In this document: piece by piece, positions 48,150 through 60,000 of the stretch
Layout: the number at the start of each line of letters is the position of its first letter
How positions within the stretch are numbered: position 1 is the stretch's first letter
Assembly (NCBI GenBank): GCA_050950825.1
Contig: JBMNIH010000002.1
Span: forward strand, 160,001-224,000
Direction of reading: 5' to 3'
DNA length: 64,000 nucleotides
Source of the DNA: Clostridia bacterium
GTDB lineage: Bacteria; Bacillota; Clostridia; JAAYHZ01
The notes under the pieces: generated by a model
The model's database searches: none
What the model saw: only the letters and a program-made list of their open reading frames with translations
What the model was told of the DNA's origin: nothing
Made by a program: the position numbers and the translations under genes

Positions 48150-50377
48150 AGCTCGCCGTATGCAATGATTTTGCTCTTTAGTCCGCTGTATCGCTTAAGC
48201 TCTCTTACGTTATCCACCATTCCTTGTAAAGCGGCTTTATTGCCCACGATTACCACCAATTCTCTCGCACGGGTTACGGCCGTGTACAAAAGATTTCGCG
48301 TCATTAAAAGAGGCGGTCCGGGATATACCGGTAAAATGACGGCGGGAAACTCGCTACCTTGGCTTTTGTGAACGGTAACGGCATAGGCAGGTTCCAGCTC
48401 GTCAAAAAGTCCGTAGTCGTAATAGGCATAGCGATCTTCGAAAACAATCTTTGCTACTCGGTTTTCATCATCCAACTCTTCAATGATCCCGATATCTCCG
48501 TTGAATATTCCTTCACCCCATACGGATTCGTTATCGTTCATCACCCATTGAAGGTTGTAGTTGTTCTTAATTTGCATGACTTTATCCCCTACTCTGTAGG
48601 TAAAGTCTTTAAATTTGTATTCTCCCAACCCCGGTTTTTTCGGGTTTAAAACCTCTTGCAAGCGAACGTTCAACTCGTTAACTCCCGCAATTCCTTTTCT
48701 TATGGGAGTCAGCACTTGGATATCTTTCATGGGATCGTAGCCGTACGCATTCGGCAATCGATAAGCACACAGCTCCACAACGGTACTCGCCAATTTTTCA
48801 GGGGAGTTTTTGCTTAAAAAGAAGAAATCTCCTTTTTGATTGTTCATTTCCGGCATCTTACCGCTGTTGATATAATGGGCGTTTAACGTAATCATGCTGT
48901 CTTCATTTTGTCGGTATATGCGATTCAACTGAACGGTTTTGAATTTCCCGCCGGTTATGATATCACGAAGTACGTTTCCGGGGCCTACCGAAGGCAGCTG
49001 GTTGGAATCGCCGATTAAAACCAGCCTTGTTCCGGGAATAATGGCTTTTAACAAATGGTTCATTAAAAGAATATCCACCATGGACATCTCATCGATAATC
49101 ACTATATCGGCTATTAAAGGGTTGCTTTCGTTTCTTGCAAATTCCAAAGAGTCGTCATTGCCTTCTTCCATATAACCGATTTCCAAAAGACGATGGATGG
49201 TTTTCGCTTCGTGGCCGATGGCTTGGGTCATTCTTTTGGCGGCCCTGCCGGTAGGAGCGGCAAGCAAAAATACTTTTTTATCTTCTTTCATCAATCCGAT
49301 AATGGTATTGATAATCGTAGTTTTTCCGGTTCCGGGCCCTCCGGTAATAATGCAGAGACCGCTTGTTACCGCCATTTTAACCGCTTCCTTTTGGGTCTCG
49401 TCCAGGGTGATGTTGTTCATCTTCTCCAAAACACCGATTCGAAGGTCAAGGGTTTCTTCGTCGGCCGGAAACTCCGTTTCCGCCAAACGCAGAAGCTTTA
49501 AGGCTACGTTCTTTTCGGCGATATAAAAGGCGGAAAGATAAATATGAATGCCGGACTCGGTTTGCTCCACGGTAATTTTTTTATCCACAGCCAAACCGGA
49601 AATGAGGTGCTCCACTTGGTCCTGCAAAACTCCCAAAAGAGCGGCGGTCTTCCCGACCAAAACCGGTTCGGGCAAATAGGTATGCCCGGACCTTGCGGCC
49701 TCGGATAAAACATAGCGTATTCCGGCTTCCACACGGCTGTCGGAGGCCATATCGATACCGATTTTCATGGCAATGTTATCCGCCGTTTTAAATCCGATAC
49801 CGAAGACTTCCTCGGTTAAGCAGTAGGGGTTTTCCCGAACCCTCTGCAAGGCTTGGTTGCCAAACACCCGGTAGATTTTCATGGCATACCCCGGAGATAT
49901 GCCGTATTCTTGAAATTGCAGTATGATTCGCTGGGCCTCCGCCTGTTCCTTGTAAGCTTTCCCGATTTCCAAGGCCTTTTTCAAAGAGATTCCCTTGATC
50001 TCGGCAAGCTTGTCCGGTTGTGTTTCAATGATCTTCAAGGTATCGTTCCCGAATTTTTCCACGATCTTTTTCGCCGTAACAGGCCCGATCCCTTTGATTA
50101 AACCCGAAGCCAAGCTTCTTTCAATGGATTCGTGAGTATCGGGTTCGCATTTTTCAAAGGACACGACTTTAAATTGTTCGCCGTAATCTCGATGCTGAAC
50201 TCGATATCCGGTAACCTTGATTCTGTCGCCCTCATTGACAAAAGGCAGATTTCCGACTACCGTAATTTTTCCCTCTTTTGTTTTTAAGACGCAAACCAAA
50301 TACCCGTTTGCTTCATTTTTAAATATGATATCCGTTACGTTTCCCGTAAGGTCGATGAGTTGCTCTATTTGTTCCAA
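48146..50377 (-). CDS. recD2: ATP-dependent RecD2 DNA helicase
   Basis: HhH GIG repeats, TGGPGTGKT, APTGRAAK, IDEMSM, QLPSVGPG, TVHKSQGSE; TTG start 50377 after AAGGAG. Confidence 0.92.
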   Translation of the reverse strand: MEQIEQLIDLTGNVTDIIFKNEANGYLVCVLKTKEGKITVVGNLPFVNEGDRIKVTGYRVQHRDYGEQFKVVSFEKCEPDTHESIERSLASGLIKGIGPVTAKKIVEKFGNDTLKIIETQPDKLAEIKGISLKKALEIGKAYKEQAEAQRIILQFQEYGISPGYAMKIYRVFGNQALQRVRENPYCLTEEVFGIGFKTADNIAMKIGIDMASDSRVEAGIRYVLSEAARSGHTYLPEPVLVGKTAALLGVLQDQVEHLISGLAVDKKITVEQTESGIHIYLSAFYIAEKNVALKLLRLAETEFPADEETLDLRIGVLEKMNNITLDETQKEAVKMAVTSGLCIITGGPGTGKTTIINTIIGLMKEDKKVFLLAAPTGRAAKRMTQAIGHEAKTIHRLLEIGYMEEGNDDSLEFARNESNPLIADIVIIDEMSMVDILLMNHLLKAIIPGTRLVLIGDSNQLPSVGPGNVLRDIITGGKFKTVQLNRIYRQNEDSMITLNAHYINSGKMPEMNNQKGDFFFLSKNSPEKLASTVVELCAYRLPNAYGYDPMKDIQVLTPIRKGIAGVNELNVRLQEVLNPKKPGLGEYKFKDFTYRVGDKVMQIKNNYNLQWVMNDNESVWGEGIFNGDIGIIEELDDENRVAKIVFEDRYAYYDYGLFDELEPAYAVTVHKSQGSEFPAVILPVYPGPPLLMTRNLLYTAVTRARELVVIVGNKAALQGMVDNVRELKRYSGLKSKIIAYGEL

Positions 50378-50427
50378 TCGTCTTCTCCTTCTTGCAAAGG
50401 TATCGTAATAGAAAAGACAGAAATCAT

Positions 50428-50703
50428 TTAATTTCCCATCCAAAGTATATCATATTTTTCACGTAAAAGCTTCTGCAGCTCTTTATCCGCAGGTTTTCCT
50501 TTTACAATAATTTGGACCGAAATATATCGGTTGAATTTTCGGATATGGCAAATGAAGGCTTCAATCAAATCCTCATCCCATTCGTCTATGGATATAACCA
50601 TCTTCTTTTGCTCGGTCTTGTCTTTATTGATAAACAGCTCATGGAACATGAATGCGCCAACGGATACGAAAAAGACGATAAGTATCAAAAACACAACAAC
50701 CAT
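50428..50703 (-). CDS. Small membrane protein of unknown function
   Basis: RBS GAGGTGA, N-terminal TM helix, 91 aa. Confidence 0.6.
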   Translation of the reverse strand: MVVVFLILIVFFVSVGAFMFHELFINKDKTEQKKMVISIDEWDEDLIEAFICHIRKFNRYISVQIIVKGKPADKELQKLLREKYDILWMGN

Positions 50704-50797
50704 TATGACTCACCTCAATATATTATATGTGAGGGTGAAAATGTATGTGCAGGTTGTTGTGTTTCCGATCCCTATTTACGGATATTCGTTTTTCGGA

Positions 50798-51013
50798 TTA
50801 CTCCTCCGTCATGATTTTCTTTAAATTTTCCCATTCTTCTTCGTTCAAGGTGATGCCTTTACCGGCTCTTTCGTGGTCCGGTGCCCATTCACGTATATCG
50901 ATTTTCGGAGCTCGGCCGTTCCAGCTGACCAGGTTGACTTCTTTTCTCCAACCCTTCGGGGACTCCGATAACACGCCTAAAGACTTCACAATTTCAAATA
51001 CAATATCCGACAT
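50798..51013 (-). CDS. YdbC/PC4-family ssDNA-binding protein
   Basis: GVLSESPKGWRKEVNLVSWN...KIDIREW...GKGITL; start ATG 51013 after GGAGG. Confidence 0.88.
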   Translation of the reverse strand: MSDIVFEIVKSLGVLSESPKGWRKEVNLVSWNGRAPKIDIREWAPDHERAGKGITLNEEEWENLKKIMTEE

Positions 51014-51117
51014 ATAATCCTCCGTCAACATTTTGTGTATATATTATATCCTTCGCCGTGAAACCGCGCAATCCGTTCAACCGGAAAGAACAAATAGCGA
51101 CAAAAGACGACCTTCCT

Positions 51118-54100
51118 TTAAAACTCAATATGGTATGACAACGGTATTCGAACGAAGCCTTTTTCCTCTATGGCGTACCGATAGCCTTTGCTAAGATCGG
51201 AAGCGTTCTTCCACCCTTCAATTAACGTCACATCTCCGATATCCAAAACGATTTCGTGTGATCCGATATTTCGGCTATCCTCAACGAAAAATGCGGTTTG
51301 ATCCTTCTCACCGGTTTTTACATATGCAAATCTTCCTTTTAAAGATCCCTTTACCGGCTCCTCGGTATGAATAAGGATTTGATTTTTATCCGTATATTCT
51401 TTCGTAAAGTCCGCTACCGTGCCCGTAATTGCGGAAAGAACATTGTCAATCATATTACAATCGGTTCGGTTGAATTTTGTACCGTCGCACAAGAAGGCAT
51501 ATACCGGTTTGCCGTTTTGTTCTTGGTACAAACCGAAATGACCGCAGAAGACAAACCGGTCGTCAATCGCATATACGGTGTCCGAATGAATGGCGTTTAT
51601 GATATAATCCGTACGACCGCTTTCTAAAGTCACTTTGATTGCCGCAACGTCCTCTTCTTGTCCGGGTCCTTCCATCGGAACCGCTTTTAATTTTTCAATG
51701 GATAAAACTTTTTTATTCCCGACGTAAGGCTCCATGACGGAAAGAAAACGACTTTCCAAGTTTTCTCCGCGTCTTCTTGCCAAAAAGTAGCGATAGTTTT
51801 CGGCGGCACCCGGCTGGTTTCGTGCAGGGTCCCCGGATGCTAAAGCCGCTTCATGAAGCTTCGTCAATACGGTAAGGGATAATTTCGGGCTTTTCCCCGG
51901 AGGCAGAAGATTCCACGTATCTTTGGCATTCCAGATGATTTCAAAGGTGTCGGACGGGTTTTCATCCCTCTCCACGTCGTACAAATAGTGAAAACCGCTT
52001 CCTTGGTAAGATGAAATCGTCGGATCCTTCCTGTCATAAGCATAACCGAAGGGAACATCTTCTCCGGCGTAAGTGCCTTTTGCTTGCTTTTTCAAATTCA
52101 GCCCGCGGACATCTACGGCTCCTTCGGGACCGTGGAAGCTGTAGACATGATCGTTTCCTCCTTTCACTCGAAAAACGTCCATAACATAAGAGGATTCGTC
52201 GTCGATTTTTATCAATGCTACGGTTCTTCGGTACATGGAGGTTTTCGAATATACTTTATCGGCATTCACATCAACAAGCTTGACTCTGTCGGCAGATTCG
52301 AAATGATACGGATTTCCCCTCAGTGAGTTTCCTTGCATCGCACCGTCTACCGTAACGGTATTATGGCTTACGGTATTTAAAGTCCATTCGAACCTTTTCG
52401 CCCAATCGAATCTTTTGTATTCGGGGTTTCCCAAATCGGTAGCCATGTCGATTCCGAAAGCGTAAAGTCCCAAGTTCAAGGTGTCCTTATGCCCGTGCCC
52501 GATATTCCGTCCGAAATACAGCCAAACGGCTCTTTCCTCATTGCTTTGCCCGTCTCTGAGTCCGGCAAGTCCGTAGCTCGGCATCATGAAGCTTTTCGAA
52601 GACAAGGTGCCTTCTCGTTGTATAACATCTTGGATCTCCCAAGCGATCTTATCCGGGTTTTCGGAGAAAATATCGTCGTGAATCCCCTCTATGGAATTAC
52701 CGTTCAAAAAGTAGGCGGCTTGGGCAAGAATCTCCGTACGGTATACTTTGTATCCTAAGATCATATCCTCCTTCTTTATATACACTTCCGGTTTCCCCGC
52801 AGCACCGGTATCCCCGATGAGGGGCGTAAATTTCCCTGAAAAGATTAAAGGTACGAAGGCATGGATCATCTTTTTTAATTTCGGCATGTTAAACATGTTC
52901 CATTCCGGCTTGTCATGGAAATGCCGCGTTACGTTCGCAAGAGTTATAAATTCCTTAACCCATAAGTAGTTGTAGTTCGGAGAAGACTCGTCTCCGAATC
53001 CGTCCCTGTCCACCTGGTCCATGAGGGCGACGGCCATGTTACCTCCGGTTATGCGATATCGGTCGTTTTCTTTCCTTACGATGTAGCCGGGAGCAAAAAT
53101 CCACTCCATCCATTCTCGGGAAAGCTCTTCGTTATCGATGACCAAGGCCGCTAAAGCCAAAGCGCTTTGGTGCATGCCGGTATTCCCGCGGATTTGGGCT
53201 TTTTGAATCGAAGGGAAAATTTGCTTCACGATCCCCTCTTCAATGTTCCATTGAATATCTTCTACGGAATTTTTTGTGTTTATCATGGAATACTTTCTTG
53301 CTTTTTCGCTTAAGAAAGGAACGATATCCGCTTTCGATAAGGCGGGATAGAAGGCGTCGTATGCCGTAAGGAAGGGCTTTACAACCATTGTTTCGGATAT
53401 ACTTCCGGCAATTTTCCCTTGCCCCGTCCCCCCGTGGCTGTTTGAGTATCCGTCGGAATCTTTGTATACGGCCAAATCCATATCCGGATATACGTCGGCG
53501 ATTCGGTCCAGTAATACGAGACCGGCTTTTGCATAGGCAAGGTTTCCCGACAGAAGATAAGCCGTTTCGAAGGCTTTTAATGCATCAAGAATACTGCCTT
53601 CGTATTTTTCACTTAACGACCATAAGCCTATGTGATTGTAGTAAGCGATGAACTTCCAATGCTTTCCGTGTTCATCGGTCCAACCGTAGCCGTCATCCAC
53701 ACCCCAATCGGAGGGCTTATCTTTATATAGCTCGTTTTTTAAGAATCTTTTATCCGCTTTTTCGGGATGAAAGAATCCGTTTTTATCTATACCGCTTTTA
53801 TAGTAGGATTCAAAATCGTTGGAGGGAAATACATGATGACAGTTGGGACAAACGATTTTCCACGGCCTAGTAAAAGCATCGGTTTGCCAGGAATAATGAC
53901 CGTATTTTCGAAATATTTCGTCTCCGCATACGGGACAGCCCGAGCTGCACACGTTGATGCTTCGAGGAACGGATTGGGATGTTACCAAAGACCATAAGGT
54001 ATCCAACCCGTATTGCAAATACCGGTCCGCCTTTCGGACGGCGCTTTCCTTGATCTTTTTCGCCCAATCGTATTTTTCAACGTTCTTTCTTGCGTTTTCA

Positions 54101-54171
54101 ACCATTGCATTCGTATAATACGTGCTTTTGGTTTTCAAGCATTTCTTTATAGCCGGTCCTTCGGTACTCAT
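51118..54171 (-). CDS. Heparinase II/III-like protein
   Basis: ESSPNYN, P.IGD, GHGHKDTL..GLYA, DLG and SHNTVTVDG motifs; start ATG 54171 after GGGAGG. Confidence 0.75.
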   Translation of the reverse strand: MSTEGPAIKKCLKTKSTYYTNAMVENARKNVEKYDWAKKIKESAVRKADRYLQYGLDTLWSLVTSQSVPRSINVCSSGCPVCGDEIFRKYGHYSWQTDAFTRPWKIVCPNCHHVFPSNDFESYYKSGIDKNGFFHPEKADKRFLKNELYKDKPSDWGVDDGYGWTDEHGKHWKFIAYYNHIGLWSLSEKYEGSILDALKAFETAYLLSGNLAYAKAGLVLLDRIADVYPDMDLAVYKDSDGYSNSHGGTGQGKIAGSISETMVVKPFLTAYDAFYPALSKADIVPFLSEKARKYSMINTKNSVEDIQWNIEEGIVKQIFPSIQKAQIRGNTGMHQSALALAALVIDNEELSREWMEWIFAPGYIVRKENDRYRITGGNMAVALMDQVDRDGFGDESSPNYNYLWVKEFITLANVTRHFHDKPEWNMFNMPKLKKMIHAFVPLIFSGKFTPLIGDTGAAGKPEVYIKKEDMILGYKVYRTEILAQAAYFLNGNSIEGIHDDIFSENPDKIAWEIQDVIQREGTLSSKSFMMPSYGLAGLRDGQSNEERAVWLYFGRNIGHGHKDTLNLGLYAFGIDMATDLGNPEYKRFDWAKRFEWTLNTVSHNTVTVDGAMQGNSLRGNPYHFESADRVKLVDVNADKVYSKTSMYRRTVALIKIDDESSYVMDVFRVKGGNDHVYSFHGPEGAVDVRGLNLKKQAKGTYAGEDVPFGYAYDRKDPTISSYQGSGFHYLYDVERDENPSDTFEIIWNAKDTWNLLPPGKSPKLSLTVLTKLHEAALASGDPARNQPGAAENYRYFLARRRGENLESRFLSVMEPYVGNKKVLSIEKLKAVPMEGPGQEEDVAAIKVTLESGRTDYIINAIHSDTVYAIDDRFVFCGHFGLYQEQNGKPVYAFLCDGTKFNRTDCNMIDNVLSAITGTVADFTKEYTDKNQILIHTEEPVKGSLKGRFAYVKTGEKDQTAFFVEDSRNIGSHEIVLDIGDVTLIEGWKNASDLSKGYRYAIEEKGFVRIPLSYHIEF

Positions 54172-54276
54172 ATTTATAACCTCCCGTTGAAGTTGCATTA
54201 TGCAACTTATTATACAGCATCTCCTTCTTGTTTACACTTTCTTTTCACTTAAAGTCTTCGATTTGTATTTCATGAA

Positions 54277-54891
54277 ATGAACCGGTATAATCTAAAACAT
54301 GCATCATTACAAAAAAGGCGGGAACCGATAAAATTGGAACCAAAACAATGGAGTAAAGTTTACAAGAAGGTATATAAAATAATCGGAAAAAAGACACCTC
54401 TTTACGGCGACTGCGGCCTTTTATGCCAAAAGGCTTGCTGCCAAGGAGATTCGAAGGACGGAATGCTTCTCTTTCCCGGAGAAGAGGTCATTTTTATGAA
54501 AGGCCCCGTAGCTTCCTATTTTTCTTTAACACCGGTAACAATAAAAGGCACAGCCGACCCTATAAAAGCGGTATTTGCCGTATGCAACGGCACATGCCCT
54601 CGCAAATATCGTCCCCTATCCTGCAGGATCTTTCCTTTTCTGCCGATTATCGACGCTTCCGGTGCCGTCGAAGTTATTAAAGACCCGAGAGCGAGTATTT
54701 GTCCTTTGGTTCATTTGGAAGAGGAAGATTTTCACGGTGTTTCGGATCCTTCCTTCAAAGACAGCATTTACGAAGCATTCGATTATCTAATTCAATACCC
54801 CGGCATCCGCGAATTTTTAGACGCCATATACCATAACGCAAAAGAAGTAAAACTCATACGGGATTTGTTCACAGGAAAAAATTCGATATAA
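54277..54891 (+). CDS. Cys-rich putative Fe-S/Zn protein (YkgJ/CxxCxxCC-like)
   Basis: DCGLLCQKACC, C...CPR..RPLSCRIFP, CPL; start uncertain. Confidence 0.6.
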   Translation: MNRYNLKHASLQKRREPIKLEPKQWSKVYKKVYKIIGKKTPLYGDCGLLCQKACCQGDSKDGMLLFPGEEVIFMKGPVASYFSLTPVTIKGTADPIKAVFAVCNGTCPRKYRPLSCRIFPFLPIIDASGAVEVIKDPRASICPLVHLEEEDFHGVSDPSFKDSIYEAFDYLIQYPGIREFLDAIYHNAKEVKLIRDLFTGKNSI

Positions 54892-54933
54892 AACATTCAC
54901 GGCATTCATTACAATGAATGCCGTGAACGTTTT
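54892..54933. terminator. Long hairpin terminator between convergent genes
   Basis: TTCACGGCATTCATT-AC-AATGAATGCCGTGAA followed by CGTTTT. Confidence 0.75.
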
Positions 54934-55015
54934 CGTCACACCAATAAATTAATATCATATATTTATATATCTATTCACCAACCAATAAACTCTCCGAATT
55001 GGTTGTTCATTTCAT

Positions 55016-56809
55016 TTATTGATACTTTATGCGATAAAGCTCGCTGCCTTGGCCGAAATAGATATAGCCGTCTTTTTTGTTGTAGCAGAAGCCGTGGGTA
55101 TGCTTCGGAATTTCCGTTTCTTGCTCGAGGGAAAGGGTATCCGAATTGATAACAGCCAACGCCTTGTAATGACGACCTTCCTTATGCCTGTACACGAATG
55201 CAAGAATTTTTCCTTCGATCATGGGAATCATTCTGCCTACGCCGTAATCGATCTGTTCCGAACGTATTTCTTCCATGGTCTTCGGGTCATAAATATGAAG
55301 AATGCTCTTGCCTTCACAGGATGTATACAAAAGAACCTTATCATCACATGCATAAACGAATGATAAATGGGTCCCTAAGGGGAATTTAATCTTGTTGAGA
55401 ATTTCTCCGTTCTTGGACATTTTCACAAGATAAAATTCTTCCGTTTTTGCCACCAAACCGTTGCCGGATCCGTTGGTTGTAAAGTAGATGTTTTCAGAGT
55501 CTCCCGCAATCCAGCCGATTCCTTGTCCCGGAACAAGATCGGTAAACTTGCGGACTTCATAGGTCTTAGAGTTAATCTCCGTAATAGCCAATCCGTAGCT
55601 TCCGTAGCGGGCAATCCATCCGGTCCAGATGTTGTTATCCGGCCCGATAATGGATCTTGCTTGGGGACGAATGTAATCCGGTCCGACGCTTTCTAACGTT
55701 AACGGATTGATATTGTCAACCCGGTTCCATTCTTTTTTCGGATCGTAAACGATGTGATCTCCTCCGGAATAAGCGGTCATGAAAATTTTACCTTCACAGC
55801 TTACGATTCCGTAAACTTCGCCGCCGTGGAGGGTAACGATATCGGAATTCCAATACTCTCCCGTTTTCGGGTCGTAGCGGAACATGGTTTGACCGAGTCC
55901 GGTGGCTCCCCAAAGAATACCGTCGTCATCGCAGGTCATTGCGAATATTTCCGTCGGAGGAGGAACGCAAGGAACATCCATAAAGGTCGGTTTTTGATCG
56001 TCGGGTTTTAGGATAAAAAGACGTTGACCGCAGACGCCGATTGTATTGCCGTTAGACAGCTTCATCACGTGCCCGTAAGGCTTAGGCAGTCTTTCGTCCG
56101 TTTTTGTGGCTTCATCGAGAAGGGCTTGATCTTGAATTTCTTCGAAGGTCTCCGGATGAACCAATTTGTTTCCTTCCGGAGTTCGAATGTACAAATATTT
56201 TTTGTCGGCTTTAAGAATACCGCATCCGTCCAATACCGTGGACATTTCGTTCTTTTCAATATCGTATACGCCGATTGTGTCGGTTGACAAACCGCAGTTG
56301 ACATATACTTTGCCGGGAACAGGTGTAAAGACGAGTCTGCTGTAGAGATTTCCGGGATCTTTGGTCATGTGGCCGAGGTTCACCAATGTGTGACTGTCGG
56401 GATCATATCGGAGCAAATAGCATCCGGGGTAGGTACCGCCGTATACTTTTCCGTCCGAAGCCATCGCCAAGTCCCATATATACGTTACTCCCTCCAGCTT
56501 TAAGGAAGGCATCCAAGTCCTGCTTTTCAATTCCAACGAATGAAGATATCCGTATGTTCCGCAGGTTCCTACAAGAAGTCTTTCATTCTTGTAGTTGAAT
56601 AACGCCCATGCTCCGTTATCTCCGGGGATTTTAATCGTTTCCCCTTCGCCGGATTCCGGATCGATAATCAGTACTTCACCGACTCCTCCGGCTACAAAAC
56701 TGGACAATACAACCTTTTCCTTGTTGTCCTTCGGATCTTGGATAAGGATCCCCTTAAAAAAGCAAAAATTCCTGCAAGGTTGCTCCAAATACTCATAACC
56801 TTTCGTCAT
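55016..56809 (-). CDS. Multi-bladed beta-propeller protein of unknown function
   Basis: Repeated DG.(V/L)(Y/W)G.T...L.RYDP blades. Confidence 0.65.
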   Translation of the reverse strand: MTKGYEYLEQPCRNFCFFKGILIQDPKDNKEKVVLSSFVAGGVGEVLIIDPESGEGETIKIPGDNGAWALFNYKNERLLVGTCGTYGYLHSLELKSRTWMPSLKLEGVTYIWDLAMASDGKVYGGTYPGCYLLRYDPDSHTLVNLGHMTKDPGNLYSRLVFTPVPGKVYVNCGLSTDTIGVYDIEKNEMSTVLDGCGILKADKKYLYIRTPEGNKLVHPETFEEIQDQALLDEATKTDERLPKPYGHVMKLSNGNTIGVCGQRLFILKPDDQKPTFMDVPCVPPPTEIFAMTCDDDGILWGATGLGQTMFRYDPKTGEYWNSDIVTLHGGEVYGIVSCEGKIFMTAYSGGDHIVYDPKKEWNRVDNINPLTLESVGPDYIRPQARSIIGPDNNIWTGWIARYGSYGLAITEINSKTYEVRKFTDLVPGQGIGWIAGDSENIYFTTNGSGNGLVAKTEEFYLVKMSKNGEILNKIKFPLGTHLSFVYACDDKVLLYTSCEGKSILHIYDPKTMEEIRSEQIDYGVGRMIPMIEGKILAFVYRHKEGRHYKALAVINSDTLSLEQETEIPKHTHGFCYNKKDGYIYFGQGSELYRIKYQ

Positions 56810-57029
56810 ATAATCCTCCGTTATGCCGTAAGGACTTGATTAATAAACACAACGTATTATATCACACATATTTCAAAAAGGTAAACAAATTATGAACAAA
56901 GGGTATCCAAAAGGCACCATATATCAAGTTATTACAAATTATCATAAGAAAGATCAATAAAATTAAAGGTTTAAAGGATTGTATATCAGACCATACTAAT
57001 ACCTGTGTGAAAACAATAACGGATCACGT

Positions 57030-60000
57030 ATGGGAAAGAATATGACAACAAGAAAATACGTAGGTATGGATATCGGGTCCACCACGGCAAAAGTCACGGT
57101 ACTTGACCGGAATAAAAAAGTTTTATACAGCGAATACAAAAGACATCATACCAACATCAAAGAAACCGTGGAATCCATGATAAAAAACATTTGCCGCTTT
57201 GCGGATGCAGGCGGCATGACCGTCACCGTTACCGGCTCTGCCGGAACGGCGATTTCGAAGCACTTGTCCTTGCCGTACATGCAAGAAGTGCTTGCATGTA
57301 CGAAGGCCGTTGAGTTTTTACTTCCCCAAACCGATACGGCGATTGAGTTAGGAGGAGAAGATGCAAAGATTACGTTCTTTAAAGGCGGCTTGGAGCAAAG
57401 GATGAACGGAACCTGTGCCGGAGGCACCGGCGCTTTTATCGATCAAATGGCAGCTTTATTGAATACCGATGCCATAGGCTTGGACCGATTGGCGGAAAAG
57501 TACAAATATATTTATCCGATTGCCTCTCGCTGCGGTGTCTTTGCGAAAACCGACATCCAACCGTTATTAAACGACGGTGTGGCTAAAGAAGATATCGCCG
57601 CCTCCATATTTCAAGCCGTAGTCAACCAAACCCTAAGCGGATTGGCCTGCGGAAGGCCCCTCAAAGGAAATATTGCGTTTTTAGGCGGACCTTTGCATTA
57701 TTTACCGCAGCTTCGACGCCGCTTCATCGAAACCTTGTCTCTTTCCGAAGAACAGGCTCTTATCCCGGACGACGGCCGGCTTTTCGTTGCCTACGGTGCG
57801 GCGCTTTCTTCTTTTGAGCAAGAGCCTTTATCCGCCGAGGAAATTTTGGAGCGATTGTCTCATCCTTACGACGACTCTTTTTTTGAAGTGCCTCGCCTTC
57901 GCCCTTTATTTAAAAACGAAAAAGAATACACGGATTTTCATAAAAGACATAAAGAAAAAACAACGGTACATGCCGTAAACCCTCATGATCCTCTCGAATG
58001 TTATCTCGGTATCGATTCCGGATCCACAACAACGAAAGCGGTTCTGATTGACAAAGAAAAACGTTTGATAAAAACCTTCTACAGGTCTAACGAAGGTAGT
58101 CCCTTGGTCCAAGCCTGCCGCATCCTGCAAGATATATACGACGAATTTCCGAATATCAAAATCCTGTATTCGGGCGTCACCGGATACGGCGAGCTTTTGA
58201 TCAAGGCCGCCTTAAAAGTCGACTTCGGCGAAATCGAAACCGTTGCTCATGCCAAAGCGGCGCAATTTTTCGTTCCCGATGCGGACTGCATTATCGATAT
58301 CGGCGGTCAAGACATGAAGTGTATCACCGTCAAGGACGGCGTTATAGACAATATTATGCTAAACGAAGCCTGCTCCTCCGGCTGCGGTTCTTTTCTCGAA
58401 GCCTTTGCACAATCCTTAGGCATGTCAGCGGAATTGTTCTCTAGGGAAGCGATTGGTGCGAAAAATCCGGTTGACTTAGGGTCGCGGTGCACCGTTTTTA
58501 TGAATTCCAGGGTAAAGCAAGCCCAGAAGGAGGGAGCCACCGTAGGAGACATTTCCGCAGGGCTTTCGTATTCGGTAATTAAAAACGCATTGCATAAAGT
58601 AATGAAGGTAAAAAGTCCCGAAGACTTAGGAAATCGCATTGTAGTACAAGGAGGTACGTTCCGCAACGATGCCGTTCTAAGGGCTTTTGAAATCGTATCG
58701 GGCAAAATCCCCTACAGACCGGACATAGCGGAATTGACGGGAGCTTTCGGAATCGCTCTTTTGGCTATGGAAAAAGGAAAAAAAAGCACATTCAGTACGC
58801 TGATCGGAAAAGAAGAGTTGAAAAAGTTCATGGTGACTACAAAGACTGCAAGGTGCGAACGCTGCTCCAACCGATGCCTTTTGACCGTAAGCCTTTTTTC
58901 CGACGGCAGAAAATATATATCCGGCAATCGGTGTGAAAAAGGAGCCGACGAAGAAAAAACCCAAGAAAGACCTTCGGATCTGTACGAATACCGCTTGGAA
59001 AGGTTTTTTTCTTACCGGCCGTTAAAATATCCGATCCGGGGCACCGTCGGAATACCGAGAGCCTTGAACATGTTCGAACAATACCCTTTTTGGCATGTTT
59101 TTTTTACCCGATTGGGGTTTCAAACGGTTTTATCCTCTCCCTCATCAAAAAAGCTTTATGAAAAGGGTCTGGAAACCATACCGGCGGATACGGTTTGCTA
59201 TCCTGCCAAATTGATGCACGGTCATATTAAGGATCTGATTGAAAAAAACCCCGACTATATCTTCTATCCCTTGCTCCCTTACGAGAAAAAAGAATTTAAG
59301 GATGCGGATAACTGCTACAACTGCCCCATTGTAGCCTCCTATTCCGAAACCATAAAAAACAATACGGAATTCCCGCAAAACGTAAAGTTTTTAAATCCTT
59401 GTCTGCCTTTTCATGAAAAGAGAAGACTCATACAAAGGCTACATGAAGAATTTGCATTTTTGGGAATATCGAAAAAAGAGGTGGAGGATGCCGTCAAAGC
59501 GGCCGATTCAGAATACCGTGCCGCGAAGGAAGACATACGAAAAAAAGGCGAAGAAGTCTTGCGGATTTTAGAGGAAACCGGACAAAAGGGAATCGTCTTA
59601 TCCGGTCGTCCCTACCATACGGATCCCGGCATACACCACGGAATTAACCGTTTAATTACACAAATGGGCTTATCGGTATTGACGGAGGATTCGGTGGCGC
59701 ATTTATTACCGGTCCGGCGTCCGTTACGAGTTTTGGACCAATGGACATACTCTTCCAGACTGTATGCCGCAGCGGAATATACCGGTTCCAATCCTTTATT
59801 GGAATTCGTACAGCTAACCTCATTCGGCTGCGGAATCGATTCGGTGACAGCCGACCAAGCGGCGGAAATCTTGCAGAAGTACGGCAAAAAATCGACGCTT
59901 TTGAAAGTCGACGAAGGCTCCGGCTTAGGTGCCGTACGAATCCGACTGCGCTCGCTGAAAGCCGTCATGACGGATGACAATACGCAAAAGCCCGTTGTCG

